Assembly (NCBI GenBank): GCA_963788655.1
Contig: CAWBHS010000102.1
Location: forward strand, 41,835-105,834
Origin: an uncultured Verrucomicrobiae bacterium
GTDB taxonomy: Bacteria; Verrucomicrobiota; Verrucomicrobiia; Limisphaerales; JAFGQR01
Length of the DNA: 64,000 nucleotides
Direction of reading: 5' to 3'
The notes under the pieces are model-generated. The model saw only the letters and a program-made list of their open reading frames with translations, was not told the DNA's origin and did no database searches. Position 1 is the stretch's first letter; each line of letters begins with the position of its first letter. The position numbers and the translations under genes are program-made. Shown piece by piece: positions 18,479-27,738 of the stretch.

Positions 18479-19681
18479 ATGAGTTTTGTGGCTGAATTTG
18501 ATCGCCTGCCGCTGGCTTCGTGGTTGCGACGTTCGCACGAAGCAACGCCGGCAGCGGTGCGGAACGTGCTTGGGAAATCGAGTCGTTCGCTGACTGACTT
18601 TGCTCAGTTGCTATCCCCGGCGGCCGGCGAATCGTTGGATGCTTTGTGCCAGCAGTCTCTGGCGATAACCCGCCAACGTTTCGGTAAGGTCATCCGGCTG
18701 TTTGCACCGCTTTACCTGTCCAACGAGTGCATTAATAATTGCAAGTATTGCGGCTTTTCGCGCGACAATCCCATTCTGCGAGTCACGCTATCCATTGAGG
18801 AAGTGCTCCGCGAGGCGCGCGCGCTCAAAGCGCAAGGGTTTCGGAACATTTTATTGGTGGCCGGGGAGCATCCGAAATTTGTCTCGCATGATTACCTCGC
18901 GGCGTGCGTCCAGGCGCTGCACGCCGAAGTGCCCGGCATTTCCCTCGAAGTCGGTCCGATGGAAACGGAGGACTATCGAAGTCTGACCGCCAGCGGCGCG
19001 GAAGGACTGGTGGTCTATCAGGAAACATACGACCGGGCCTTGTATGCCGAATTGCACGTTTCCGGGCCGAAACGCAATTTCAACTGGCGCCTGGAAACAC
19101 CCGAGCGCGCCTACGAGGCCGGGTTCCGCCGCTTGGGCTTGGGCGCGTTGTACGGGCTGAGCGACTGGCGAAGCGAATCTCTGGCGGTCGCGGCTCACGC
19201 GGCGTATTTGTTGCGCAATTGCTGGAAGGCTTCGTTGACCATCTCGCTGCCACGCATGCGTCCGTGCGCCGGCGAGTTCCAACCGCTGACGCACATCAAT
19301 GACCGCGAACTGACGCAATTGGTCTGCGCCTTTCGGCTCACGTTTCCCGACGTTGGGCTGGTGCTGTCCACGCGCGAACCGGCCCGCCTGCGCAACGGTT
19401 TGATCCCGCTCGGCATCACGCTCATGAGCGCGGGCAGCCACACTGAGCCGGGCGGTTACACTGGCGCGGGACGCGAGCATCTGCACCACACCGAACGCGG
19501 CCGCATCGTGGACTTGATTCCGGCCTCGAGTGAATGGGCGCCCAGTCCACGGCCTGCGAACAGCGCCACCCGCCAGTTTGATATTGCCGACGAACGTTCC
19601 GCGGCGGAAGTGGCGGAAGTCATTCGGCACCTGGGGTACGAGCCGGTGTGGAAGGATTGGGATGCGGCGCTTGCCGGTTGA
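18479..19681 (+). CDS. thiH: 2-iminoacetate synthase (radical SAM)
   Basis: FAPLYLSNECINNCKYCGF, YQETY, LSTRE, SAGS.T.PGGY, QFDIADER, PVWKDWD. Confidence 0.95.
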   Translation: MSFVAEFDRLPLASWLRRSHEATPAAVRNVLGKSSRSLTDFAQLLSPAAGESLDALCQQSLAITRQRFGKVIRLFAPLYLSNECINNCKYCGFSRDNPILRVTLSIEEVLREARALKAQGFRNILLVAGEHPKFVSHDYLAACVQALHAEVPGISLEVGPMETEDYRSLTASGAEGLVVYQETYDRALYAELHVSGPKRNFNWRLETPERAYEAGFRRLGLGALYGLSDWRSESLAVAAHAAYLLRNCWKASLTISLPRMRPCAGEFQPLTHINDRELTQLVCAFRLTFPDVGLVLSTREPARLRNGLIPLGITLMSAGSHTEPGGYTGAGREHLHHTERGRIVDLIPASSEWAPSPRPANSATRQFDIADERSAAEVAEVIRHLGYEPVWKDWDAALAG

Positions 19682-19729
19682 TGTTCGATGGACGGTCAGA
19701 ATGGCGGGTCGGTTAGAAACGAAACAACA

Positions 19730-19939
19730 ATGAATGAGTCAACAGTGATTGCCAATGGACAGTCCGTAGCGGCGGAGTTGCCCTGCACGATCGAGGAATT
19801 TCTGGTGGCGAACCAGATGCTGCCGCGCAGCGTGGTCGTCGAGCACAACGGGGAAGCGGTCGCACCTTCTGAATTCAAGCAACGCAAGCTCGCCGCCGGC
19901 GACCGCTTGGAAATCGTCAAGATCGTGGCCGGCGGGTAA
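19730..19939 (+). CDS. thiS: Thiamine sulfur carrier
   Basis: VVVEHNGE...GDRLEIVKIVAGG C-terminal GG; adjacent to thiH. Confidence 0.93.
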   Translation: MNESTVIANGQSVAAELPCTIEEFLVANQMLPRSVVVEHNGEAVAPSEFKQRKLAAGDRLEIVKIVAGG

Positions 19940-19990
19940 CGGTGTTCTGGTTCGTATTCGCGCGCAAAGGGACTGGTTCGCAATCAAACG

Positions 19991-20070
19991 GTGGGGCGTG
20001 CAGTCCTCTGCGCGCCGCGATAGGAAAGAACCACACAATGGGAACAAGACGGCGCGCACGGAGTGATGCT
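19991..20070. repeat. Degenerate REP pair, family F
   Basis: GTGGGGCGTGCAGTCCTCTGCGCGCCG ... CGGCGCGCACGGAGTGATGC. Confidence 0.5.
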
Positions 20071-20140
20071 CGGGTGGCATTTCTGTATTGATGAGAGCTT
20101 GGGATTGACTACGCATAGTGACATTCAATCGGCTCGTTCT

Positions 20141-20271
20141 CCCTCACCCTACCCTCTCCCCAAGGAGAGGGAACAGAGGGAGGTGCCACTACGGAAACCA
20201 AGGGACATCGTGTTTTCAGAAGACCGGTCATCGATTCTCCCTCTCCCTGGGGGAGAGGGCCGGGGTGAAGG
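20141..20271. repeat. REPIN family D (CCCTCACCCTACCCTCTCCC...GGGAGAGGGCCGGGGTGAAGG)
   Basis: Two CCCTCTCCC/GGGAGAGGG hairpins in inverted arrangement between convergent genes. Confidence 0.75.
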
Positions 20272-20349
20272 AAAACAAAACCATCGATTATTCCAAAGTG
20301 TCTTCCATCCAGGCGACTGCACAGCAAGTATTACCAAATGCTTCGGCTA

Positions 20350-22962
20350 CTACCGGCTCGCTTTCGCCGAAGCCGTCGGCACCAGTGCCATAGAGGCGCA
20401 TTTGATGCGGTTCATGTCGTTGAAGCCACAGTTCATCCCGGCGGTGGTCAACACGCGGCCCGGCGCCATTTGCACCTGCTTTTCCAAGCCCCCATTGGGT
20501 TCGATGCCGGCGCGAAACATCTTTTCCGTTCCCAAAGCGCCATTCGCCAACAAGGGCCGCCCCCACAAGGCAAACGTTTTCACATCCCACTCAGGCGCGA
20601 TCCGACCGCCAAAGCCGGTGGCTACATAACCTTCGGGCAGCGTGATCTGCGCTTCGAGATGCGCGTCCGGTTCCCAGCCACCGCGCAATTCTTCCGCCGG
20701 ACCGAGCGTGCCGTCGGGCAGCAGCGGGCGGATCTGCATCCAGATCGTGGTGATGTTGTCTTCGTGCGCCCGGGCGCCCAGGCCGGTCACCACGTAGTTC
20801 GGCGGGGCCGTCAGTTCCGCTTCGACGCGTTGATCGAATTCCACTTGCCGGTCCTGAAGCACGACAGTCGCCGGCTGCGCCGGACTGATTGGCGGGTCGT
20901 TGAAGGCCATTTGTGTTGGCCCCAAATCGAAAACCATGGCGTGGTCCACGTAGGCGGTGGCGCGTTCCAAATCCCGCCAGCGGAAGAAACCAAATCCAAT
21001 CGTGGCCTGGTCTGCCTCGGCGATCCAGCGGTGTTGGAAACGCGACCAGCGGCCATCCGTCCAATACCATTGGCTGGTGTTTTGTCCGGCGAAATTGGTA
21101 CCGCCGGCGGAATCGGCGAACAAGCGCACCCGCGTATCGCCGCGCGGGCCGTTCACGACGGAGGTGTGCGCACGAACCCACAGCGCATACACGTGTCCGG
21201 GCACGGTGGGAACGGTCTGGTAGATCATGGATTCCGCAAACACCTGTTCCCGACTTTGCTCCGAGAGCTGCGACCAGCCGGCCATTTTCTTGCCGAACGG
21301 CGGCGAAATCTTGTGTTCTTCGCGCGTCGCGTAAATCCCGTCGGCCGGCACCACAGTCCAGCCGTTCAAGTCCTCTTCGAAGTCTCCGTTGACCAGCGGG
21401 ACCATTGTCCGGTAGCGCATTGGATTCTTGGCAGGCAGCGCGGGCAGTTGCCGACCGGCAATGGGCACGAAGAAATCCGGTTGTTTCGGATAGGCGCGCG
21501 GGATGGCGGGAAAGGGGCCGTTGGGAATCTGCAAGCGATAGAGCGGCGTGCGCCAGGTCAGCCCAGCTTGGCCGGTCGCTTCGAGGCGGAAATCGTATTC
21601 ATGACCGGGCCACAGTTTGGGAATGGTCAACTCATTCGTGCCCGGCTCCACATGAAACACTTCGTATTCCTGCGGGCGGCGCCGGCTGATCTCGACTTTC
21701 ACCGGGCACGGCCAGGAAACGGACCAGCTCAGTCGCATGATGCGATTGGTGACCGGGAATTCGGCTTTGAGATTGTGAATGGCCGGCAGACCACCCGGAT
21801 GTGGTTCGCCGTAAACGATGGCTTGCATGTCGGTCAACCGGGGACGAGCGGCGGCCAGTCCTTCCGGAATCGCGCCGCGATGTTCGGTCCAGCCAAGTAC
21901 ACCCGCCCGATACCGTTTCCCTGGCTCCACCGGTAACTCATCTGCGCCAAACAAAAAGTGAGCGGTATGCGGACCATTCGTCGGGCCGCACGACAGGCAC
22001 CGTTTGGGACCGGCGACCAACCGCGGCGTTGCTTCGTCCGTCCACACGCCCAGAAACAGATCGCAACAATTCATCGGCACCGGTGAGGCGGTGATGGTTA
22101 TCAAGCGTACATTGGGTGTGCGCGGCTCAAAGACGACGCCCGCCTGATTGTAAACCCAGCCCTGATAATCCGCGCCAACGATCAACGCCCGGGAAAGATC
22201 GGGTGGTTCCTCGATGATCCACGCGCCGAGATCGGATTCCGGGCGTGGTCGTCCGTCCATGAACAAAATGCCGTCATCATAGCAATTGCCCGTGGCGTGC
22301 AGATAGGGCGACCAGTCCTGGCCGTCCGCCCGCGTAAGACGAAGGGCATAGGTGCGGCCCAATTCGAGCGGCGCTTCTCCCGGCAGCCAGGTCACGTGGC
22401 CCCAATCCATTGAATGACCGGAGTGAAACGATTTCGTGCGCCCGATCTGCCGACCACCGGGACCGCCTTCCAGCAGCGCGGCCAAAAACATCCCGTCTTC
22501 CGACGGCACCAACATCGTCAGGCTGACCAGTTCGCGACCGGAGGCGACGAACGTTTGCACAAATTCCCGTCCGCGCAGGCCCCACACAATCGCGTCGGGT
22601 TCATAGACATGATCAATGAGAATGTCGCCCACATTGCGACCGGACGAATCGATGGGCACGCCCGAGGCAATGCGGGGGAAGAAGGCAAATTGCTCCGCGC
22701 ACGTGTAACTCACTTTCCCGGCGCAGAACGGATATTCCGTGAAGCCACTGTCGGCCATGCCGGTTTGGCCGGTGGCCTCGGCACCATCCTGGGCGCAGAT
22801 CGTACGGGTCTTCGGCAGGAGCGGTCCATTACTCTGGGCGCCCAGCAACCGGTAGAAAAGTTGCACTCCCTTGGGAGCCTCGGCGCTGCGACAATCCGCC
22901 GAAAAGTTACTGAGCAGCAGGATGGCAAATAACGTTGTACTGATGAGCAATGTTCGTTTCAT
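20350..22962 (-). CDS. Large secreted hypothetical protein with Fn3-like, CBM-like and three-repeat C-terminal modules
   Basis: Signal peptide MKRTLLIS...; L.PG.EY.FRL; LVNGDFEEDLNGW; three (A/L)P..(Y/R)V.TG-like repeats. Confidence 0.65.
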   Translation of the reverse strand: MKRTLLISTTLFAILLLSNFSADCRSAEAPKGVQLFYRLLGAQSNGPLLPKTRTICAQDGAEATGQTGMADSGFTEYPFCAGKVSYTCAEQFAFFPRIASGVPIDSSGRNVGDILIDHVYEPDAIVWGLRGREFVQTFVASGRELVSLTMLVPSEDGMFLAALLEGGPGGRQIGRTKSFHSGHSMDWGHVTWLPGEAPLELGRTYALRLTRADGQDWSPYLHATGNCYDDGILFMDGRPRPESDLGAWIIEEPPDLSRALIVGADYQGWVYNQAGVVFEPRTPNVRLITITASPVPMNCCDLFLGVWTDEATPRLVAGPKRCLSCGPTNGPHTAHFLFGADELPVEPGKRYRAGVLGWTEHRGAIPEGLAAARPRLTDMQAIVYGEPHPGGLPAIHNLKAEFPVTNRIMRLSWSVSWPCPVKVEISRRRPQEYEVFHVEPGTNELTIPKLWPGHEYDFRLEATGQAGLTWRTPLYRLQIPNGPFPAIPRAYPKQPDFFVPIAGRQLPALPAKNPMRYRTMVPLVNGDFEEDLNGWTVVPADGIYATREEHKISPPFGKKMAGWSQLSEQSREQVFAESMIYQTVPTVPGHVYALWVRAHTSVVNGPRGDTRVRLFADSAGGTNFAGQNTSQWYWTDGRWSRFQHRWIAEADQATIGFGFFRWRDLERATAYVDHAMVFDLGPTQMAFNDPPISPAQPATVVLQDRQVEFDQRVEAELTAPPNYVVTGLGARAHEDNITTIWMQIRPLLPDGTLGPAEELRGGWEPDAHLEAQITLPEGYVATGFGGRIAPEWDVKTFALWGRPLLANGALGTEKMFRAGIEPNGGLEKQVQMAPGRVLTTAGMNCGFNDMNRIKCASMALVPTASAKASR

Positions 22963-23089
22963 GACACTAAAAGACTTTAAACGTTGCAATATTTCATTCG
23001 AGCGCGGAGGCCCTCCTCCACGCAATCCAAGGCGATCTTCGACGCGGATGAGGGCATCCGCACTCCAGAACTGCGGCAGGAAATGCAGA

Positions 23090-23863
23090 TCAAAGCGCCG
23101 GAGGAATGATCTCGCGCGCGGCTGCGGCATCAACCATCCACAGCAGCCGGCCATCGGCCGGGCGCACCCGCTGCGCCGGGAACTGTCCTTCAGCCGCTTC
23201 ACTCTGGAGCACCTGCTGGAGGATGGACGCCTTTTCTGCCCCGGCCACCACGAACATGATTTCCGCCGCGGCGTTGATCACTGGAAAGGTCAAAGTGAGC
23301 CGGTAATTGTGGAACTTCTCGACCCAATTGGCGCAAACCAGTCGTGACGATTCCCGCAAGGCCGCCGTGTCCGGAAATAGCGACGCCGTGTGCCCGTCCA
23401 GTCCCAAACCGAGCATCACCAAATCGAATCGCGGGAAGGCACCAGGAGCTGGTCTGAAGAAGGACCGCAACGTCTCCGCATACTGGTCGGCCGCCTCAGG
23501 CGCGTGCAGTTCGGCGGGCATGCGATACATGTTGTCCGCCGGAATCGGCACGTGCGCCAGCAAGCTTTCGCAAGCCATGCGGTAATTGCTGTCCGGATGG
23601 TCCGGCGGCACATGGCGTTCGTCACCGAAGAAAACGTGGATTCGGTTCCAAGGCAACTTACGGGCACCGCTGGATTCGTCCTTGGCCAGCAACGCATAGA
23701 CACCCTTCGGGGTACTGCCGCCGGACAGTGCCACAGTAAATCGTCCATGAGCGTCAATCGCCGCGGTGGCCTGACGTTGAAATTCATCCGCCGCGGCGCG
23801 CGCCAGCGCATTCCCGTCGGGTAGAACGTGAACTTCGCCTTCGTCCAGTGCCAGAATGCGCAT
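23090..23863 (-). CDS. pgl: 6-phosphogluconolactonase
   Basis: ALSGGSTP, FGDERHVPPDHPDSN, LGLGLDGHTASLFP. Confidence 0.95.
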   Translation of the reverse strand: MRILALDEGEVHVLPDGNALARAAADEFQRQATAAIDAHGRFTVALSGGSTPKGVYALLAKDESSGARKLPWNRIHVFFGDERHVPPDHPDSNYRMACESLLAHVPIPADNMYRMPAELHAPEAADQYAETLRSFFRPAPGAFPRFDLVMLGLGLDGHTASLFPDTAALRESSRLVCANWVEKFHNYRLTLTFPVINAAAEIMFVVAGAEKASILQQVLQSEAAEGQFPAQRVRPADGRLLWMVDAAAAREIIPPAL

Positions 23864-23893
23864 AATCGAAATCCTCCTGAAGCGCGCCCCGCC

Positions 23894-25534
23894 TCATCCG
23901 TTCAGGGAGCGGCTGACAATGGTCTGAGCCTCCTCGATGAGCGCTTCCAAGTGCGCTTCACTCTGGAAGCTTTCTGCGTAAAGTTTGTAAATGTTCTCGG
24001 TGCCCGAAGGCCGCGCGGCGAACCATCCGTTTTGCGTGACCACCTTCAATCCGCCAATGGCGGCCTGGTTGCCGGGCGCACGGGTGAGTTTGGCCACGAT
24101 TGGTTCACCGGCCAACTTGTCGGCGGTGACCGCTTCGGGCGAGAGTTGCTTCAACTGGTTCTTCTGTTCCGGCGTCGCCGGCGCGTCAATGCGTCGGTAG
24201 TACGGCGTGCCGAATTGGGCGGTAAGCTTTTGATAGTGCTTCCCCGGATCCTCGCCCGTCCGCGCGGTGATCTCGGCAGCGAGCAGGCCCAGGATCAACC
24301 CGTCCTTGTCCGTCACCCACGCCGTGCCATCCTGGCGAAGGAAGCTCGCCCCGGCGCTTTCTTCACCGCCAAAACAATACGAACCATCAAACAAACCGGG
24401 CGTGAACCATTTGAAGCCAACCGGCACTTCGCTCAACTTGCGTCCGAGCGCCGCCACCACGCGGTCAATGATGCTGCTGCTGACCAACGTCTTGCCGATG
24501 GCGGTATCCGCCGGCCATTGGGGACGGTTCGTCAGCAAATATTGGATTGCGACCGCGAGATAATGGTTCGGATTCATCAGGCCGGCCGAGGGCGTCACGA
24601 TGCCGTGCCGGTCCGCATCCGGATCATTGCCCCAGGCCACGTCGAACTGGTCCTTGAGCTTCACCAAACCGGCCATGGCAAACGGGCTGGAACAATCCAT
24701 CCGAATCTTGCCGTCGTGATCCAGGGTCATGAAACTAAAGGTGGGATCGACCTTCGGGTTGACCACCGTTAGGTTCAATCCATATTCCTGCGCCAGGGGC
24801 TCCCAATAACCTACCGCTGCTCCGCCGAGGGGATCGACGCCCAACTTGATGCCGGCGGCGCGAATGGCTTCCATATCGATGACTGCGGCAAGGTCTTTCA
24901 CATACGGCAGCACGAAATCATCCGGATGCGTTGTTGCCGCTTTCAAGGCAGACTCGAAGGGAGTGCGCCGGAGGTCGCGATTACCATTTTGTAGCAGTTC
25001 ATTGGCGCGGTCCTGAATCCAATTGGTCACGTCGGTGTCCGCCGGGCCGCCATTCGGAGGATTGTATTTGATCCCACCATCGGCCGGTGGATTGTGGGAG
25101 GGCGTGATGATCAAGCCGTCAGCCAGGCCCGTGCTTTTGTCGCGATTGTAAACCAGGATGGCCCGCGAGACGGCCGGCGTAGGCGTCACCCCATCGTCGC
25201 GTTGAATGAAGGTTTGGACGCCATTGGCCGCCAGCACCTCCAGCGCGCTCCGCTGCGCGGGCCCGGAGGCGGCGTGCGTATCCTTGCCCAGGTAGAGCGG
25301 ACCGTTGATTCCTTGCGTGCGGCGGTAATCGCACACGGCTTGCGTGATGGCCAGGAGATGCGCCTCGGTGAAGGACCCATTCAGCGGAGTGCCGCGGTGA
25401 CCGCTGGTGCCAAAGCTGACCCGCTGGCTGGCATCGGACAGGTCGGGTTGGCGCTCGTAGTAGTCACGCTCCAGTTGGGCGACGTTGATCAACAGTTCGG
25501 GTGGAGCCGGTTTTCCGGCGAGCGGATGAGGCAT
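23894..25534 (-). CDS. pgm: Phosphoglucomutase (alpha-D-glucose-1,6-bisphosphate dependent)
   Basis: [35 protein letters not shown]. Confidence 0.96.
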   Translation of the reverse strand: MPHPLAGKPAPPELLINVAQLERDYYERQPDLSDASQRVSFGTSGHRGTPLNGSFTEAHLLAITQAVCDYRRTQGINGPLYLGKDTHAASGPAQRSALEVLAANGVQTFIQRDDGVTPTPAVSRAILVYNRDKSTGLADGLIITPSHNPPADGGIKYNPPNGGPADTDVTNWIQDRANELLQNGNRDLRRTPFESALKAATTHPDDFVLPYVKDLAAVIDMEAIRAAGIKLGVDPLGGAAVGYWEPLAQEYGLNLTVVNPKVDPTFSFMTLDHDGKIRMDCSSPFAMAGLVKLKDQFDVAWGNDPDADRHGIVTPSAGLMNPNHYLAVAIQYLLTNRPQWPADTAIGKTLVSSSIIDRVVAALGRKLSEVPVGFKWFTPGLFDGSYCFGGEESAGASFLRQDGTAWVTDKDGLILGLLAAEITARTGEDPGKHYQKLTAQFGTPYYRRIDAPATPEQKNQLKQLSPEAVTADKLAGEPIVAKLTRAPGNQAAIGGLKVVTQNGWFAARPSGTENIYKLYAESFQSEAHLEALIEEAQTIVSRSLNG

Positions 25535-25714
25535 AAGCAATCAGGTTAACCGTCTTCTTATTGTGTCCATTTCAACTGCGGGAAGGCTAGGCCAGCCCAC
25601 GCCCGGCTCAAAGTCCAAAGTTGAATTTCCGCGATTCCCCTATCGGGCACTTTGTAAAACTGCCGGTGCGTTGCGCGGTAAGTCCTCCAATTGTTACGCC
25701 GCCGTGGAGAGCGT

Positions 25715-25882
25715 ATGAGTTTAACAATCGAAGATCGAACCGTTATGACTGATCGCTGGAAAGAATATTCGTGGAACATTGAGTTCACCCTGGAGGACAT
25801 CCCCCCCGTGCGCCGGCATATTTACGTTTACACGCTGCTGGTGCTCTTCGCCCTGGCGGCGAACACCCTGGTGGTCTTATGA
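25715..25882 (+). CDS. Small putative membrane protein (55 aa)
   Basis: GGAG upstream; C-terminal hydrophobic helix; ATGA overlap with next ORF. Confidence 0.45.
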   Translation: MSLTIEDRTVMTDRWKEYSWNIEFTLEDIPPVRRHIYVYTLLVLFALAANTLVVL

Positions 25883-26061
25883 GTTCCATGTTCAAATTCC
25901 GACTGTGGGTGTTGGCCGGCAGCGTTCTCACGGTGCTCCTGTGCCAGAGCTTCAAGGACTTCTCGACGCCCCAGCCAGCGAAACCGGCCAGGGCTAAACC
26001 GCTGCTGACCCACCACGCAATGTCGAACCGCGCACCAACGGAGGTCTTGATGAAACGATAA
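25879..26061 (+). CDS. Small putative exported/membrane-anchored peptide (60 aa)
   Basis: N-terminal hydrophobic stretch; ATGA coupling. Confidence 0.4.
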   Translation: MSSMFKFRLWVLAGSVLTVLLCQSFKDFSTPQPAKPARAKPLLTHHAMSNRAPTEVLMKR

Positions 26062-26289
26062 TTTTGGCCGAGCCGCTTGCTTTGCCGCCTCCGTCATCCC
26101 TTCGATGCCTGAGCCGAACAAGTGGTTGCGGCCATTCTAATTGGAATAGTGTTGATGAGTCAGAAGGCCGGGCGTTGCACGCCGAACTGGGAGGCGAAGC
26201 GTGCAACGCCCGCGCTCTTTTTTCGCGGGCTAAATTTGATTCGCGCTCAACTCAACTGAAGCCTTGCGGCCGTATCTATGCAGTTAACT

Positions 26290-26437
26290 GGGGGAGCGCG
26301 CCCGCCTCGGGCGCGGTGGTTGGCGCCACGCCAACCACTTTCGAGCATCCCGAGCGACTCACTATTCAGGGACTGCTCAGTCACGGGGCCAACCGGCGAG
26401 GGCGCCGGTTGGCAGCGCCCGAGGCGGGCGCGATCCC
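26290..26437. repeat. REPIN family C, copy 2
   Basis: GGGAGCGCGCCCGCCTCGGGCGC ... GCGCCCGAGGCGGGCGCGATCCC. Confidence 0.75.
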
Positions 26438-26459
26438 TTTCCAACTAAAACCTTGCGGC

Positions 26460-27140
26460 TTAGCGACCAGGCGCGGGACGCAAAATCTTCACCGGCTCCG
26501 GTTCCTTGTAATGGCGCTTGAGCCCAACTTCGCGCAGCATCCCGGCCGGCACGCGGGCGATAAATTCCGAGAAGCAACGTTCCACCCGGTCGCGAATGAG
26601 CTTTTGACCGGACTTAGAAAGCCAGAATTCTTCTTCGAGTTTCGTGAGCTGGATGCCAGCTTCCTCGGGCGTGAGCGTTTCCTGCTTGGCCAGGAGCCAG
26701 ACCAGTTCCTTGTCGCCCGGAAGCGAAATGGGGAACGGGACAAACTTGGGCTTAAACTCCGCTTCCTCCCCGCCATCATCGGCCAGCGCACGGACCTTGA
26801 TCTCGCCGCTGAACTGGCCGCCTTTGGGCAGGGAAACCTCCACGGCCAGCGCTTTGGTTTTGCGATTGGGTTTGAGGGTGATGTCGCCGTCGCCAAACGC
26901 AGACGCGAATTGTTCCTGGACGTTGGCGACAGTCTTTGGCTCCAAGTCCGGCAGTTCGCAGCGTTTGCAGAACTTCTCGAAAGCCGCCGCGCGGGCTTTG
27001 AGCTGCAGTTCCTTTTCGATGGCACTGTAAATCTTTCCGGCCAGCTTGGCATCATGGGTCGCCTTGGGCAGCACCTGCTTCAGCAAATTCAGCAACTGCG
27101 TTTCGTTCACTTCGTTTTTCTTCGTTGTATTGTTCTTCAT
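26460..27140 (-). CDS. Hypothetical protein (226 aa, Lys/Glu-rich)
   Basis: Natural-looking composition and codon style; no recognised motif. Confidence 0.7.
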   Translation of the reverse strand: MKNNTTKKNEVNETQLLNLLKQVLPKATHDAKLAGKIYSAIEKELQLKARAAAFEKFCKRCELPDLEPKTVANVQEQFASAFGDGDITLKPNRKTKALAVEVSLPKGGQFSGEIKVRALADDGGEEAEFKPKFVPFPISLPGDKELVWLLAKQETLTPEEAGIQLTKLEEEFWLSKSGQKLIRDRVERCFSEFIARVPAGMLREVGLKRHYKEPEPVKILRPAPGR

Positions 27141-27334
27141 GATTACAAGAAAATGGGGGCCAGTTGTGCCGGAGTTTCCAGCGAAGCGCAACCGGGTTTT
27201 GCAAAAATCTTAGTGATGATGGTTGAGGCAACCAATGCCATCCTGAAAACCACCCGAGATGACGCGCGTAAACAAAACCTCGTTCTGGCAAGCCGATATC
27301 CTGGTGGTGGGATATTACTTGGTCCGCATTCTCA

Positions 27335-27606
27335 GAGCCTGTTTTAAAATTGGGCGAGGTCCTGCGTCGAGGGATTTTGGACGCGGGCGAGGCGGCGAGG
27401 TCCGCGCATCCCCGCAGTGGGCTGTAAGGATCGAGCCAACGAGGCCCACGTTCAAAAGACCCGCCGCCCTGCGGGTTTTCGCGGAAAAGGCCGGCTGGCT
27501 TCGTTGCTCCTCAGTCACAGACCGCTGCGGGTATGCTCCTTCGTCGCGCCTCGCCAGCCGGCCTTTTCCGCGAAAACAGGACCACGCCGAATTTTAAAAC
27601 AGGCTC
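27335..27606 (+). mobile_element. 272-bp MITE with IS5-family (IS1031-like) ends, copy 1
   Basis: TIRs GAGCCTGTTTTAAAATT / AATTTTAAAACAGGCTC; TCA duplicated at 27332-27334 and 27607-27609. Confidence 0.85.
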
Positions 27607-27738
27607 TCAGCATCCCGCGCCTGGGCTTCCCGTCCCCTGGCGGCGCCGATCGAGGATTTTTCCCACTCCTGGAAGCGCTTGCGTTGGTGGATAGCGGCAA
27701 CCCTTTGCGCCAATGCAGCAGTAAGCGTAAATTAGGGC

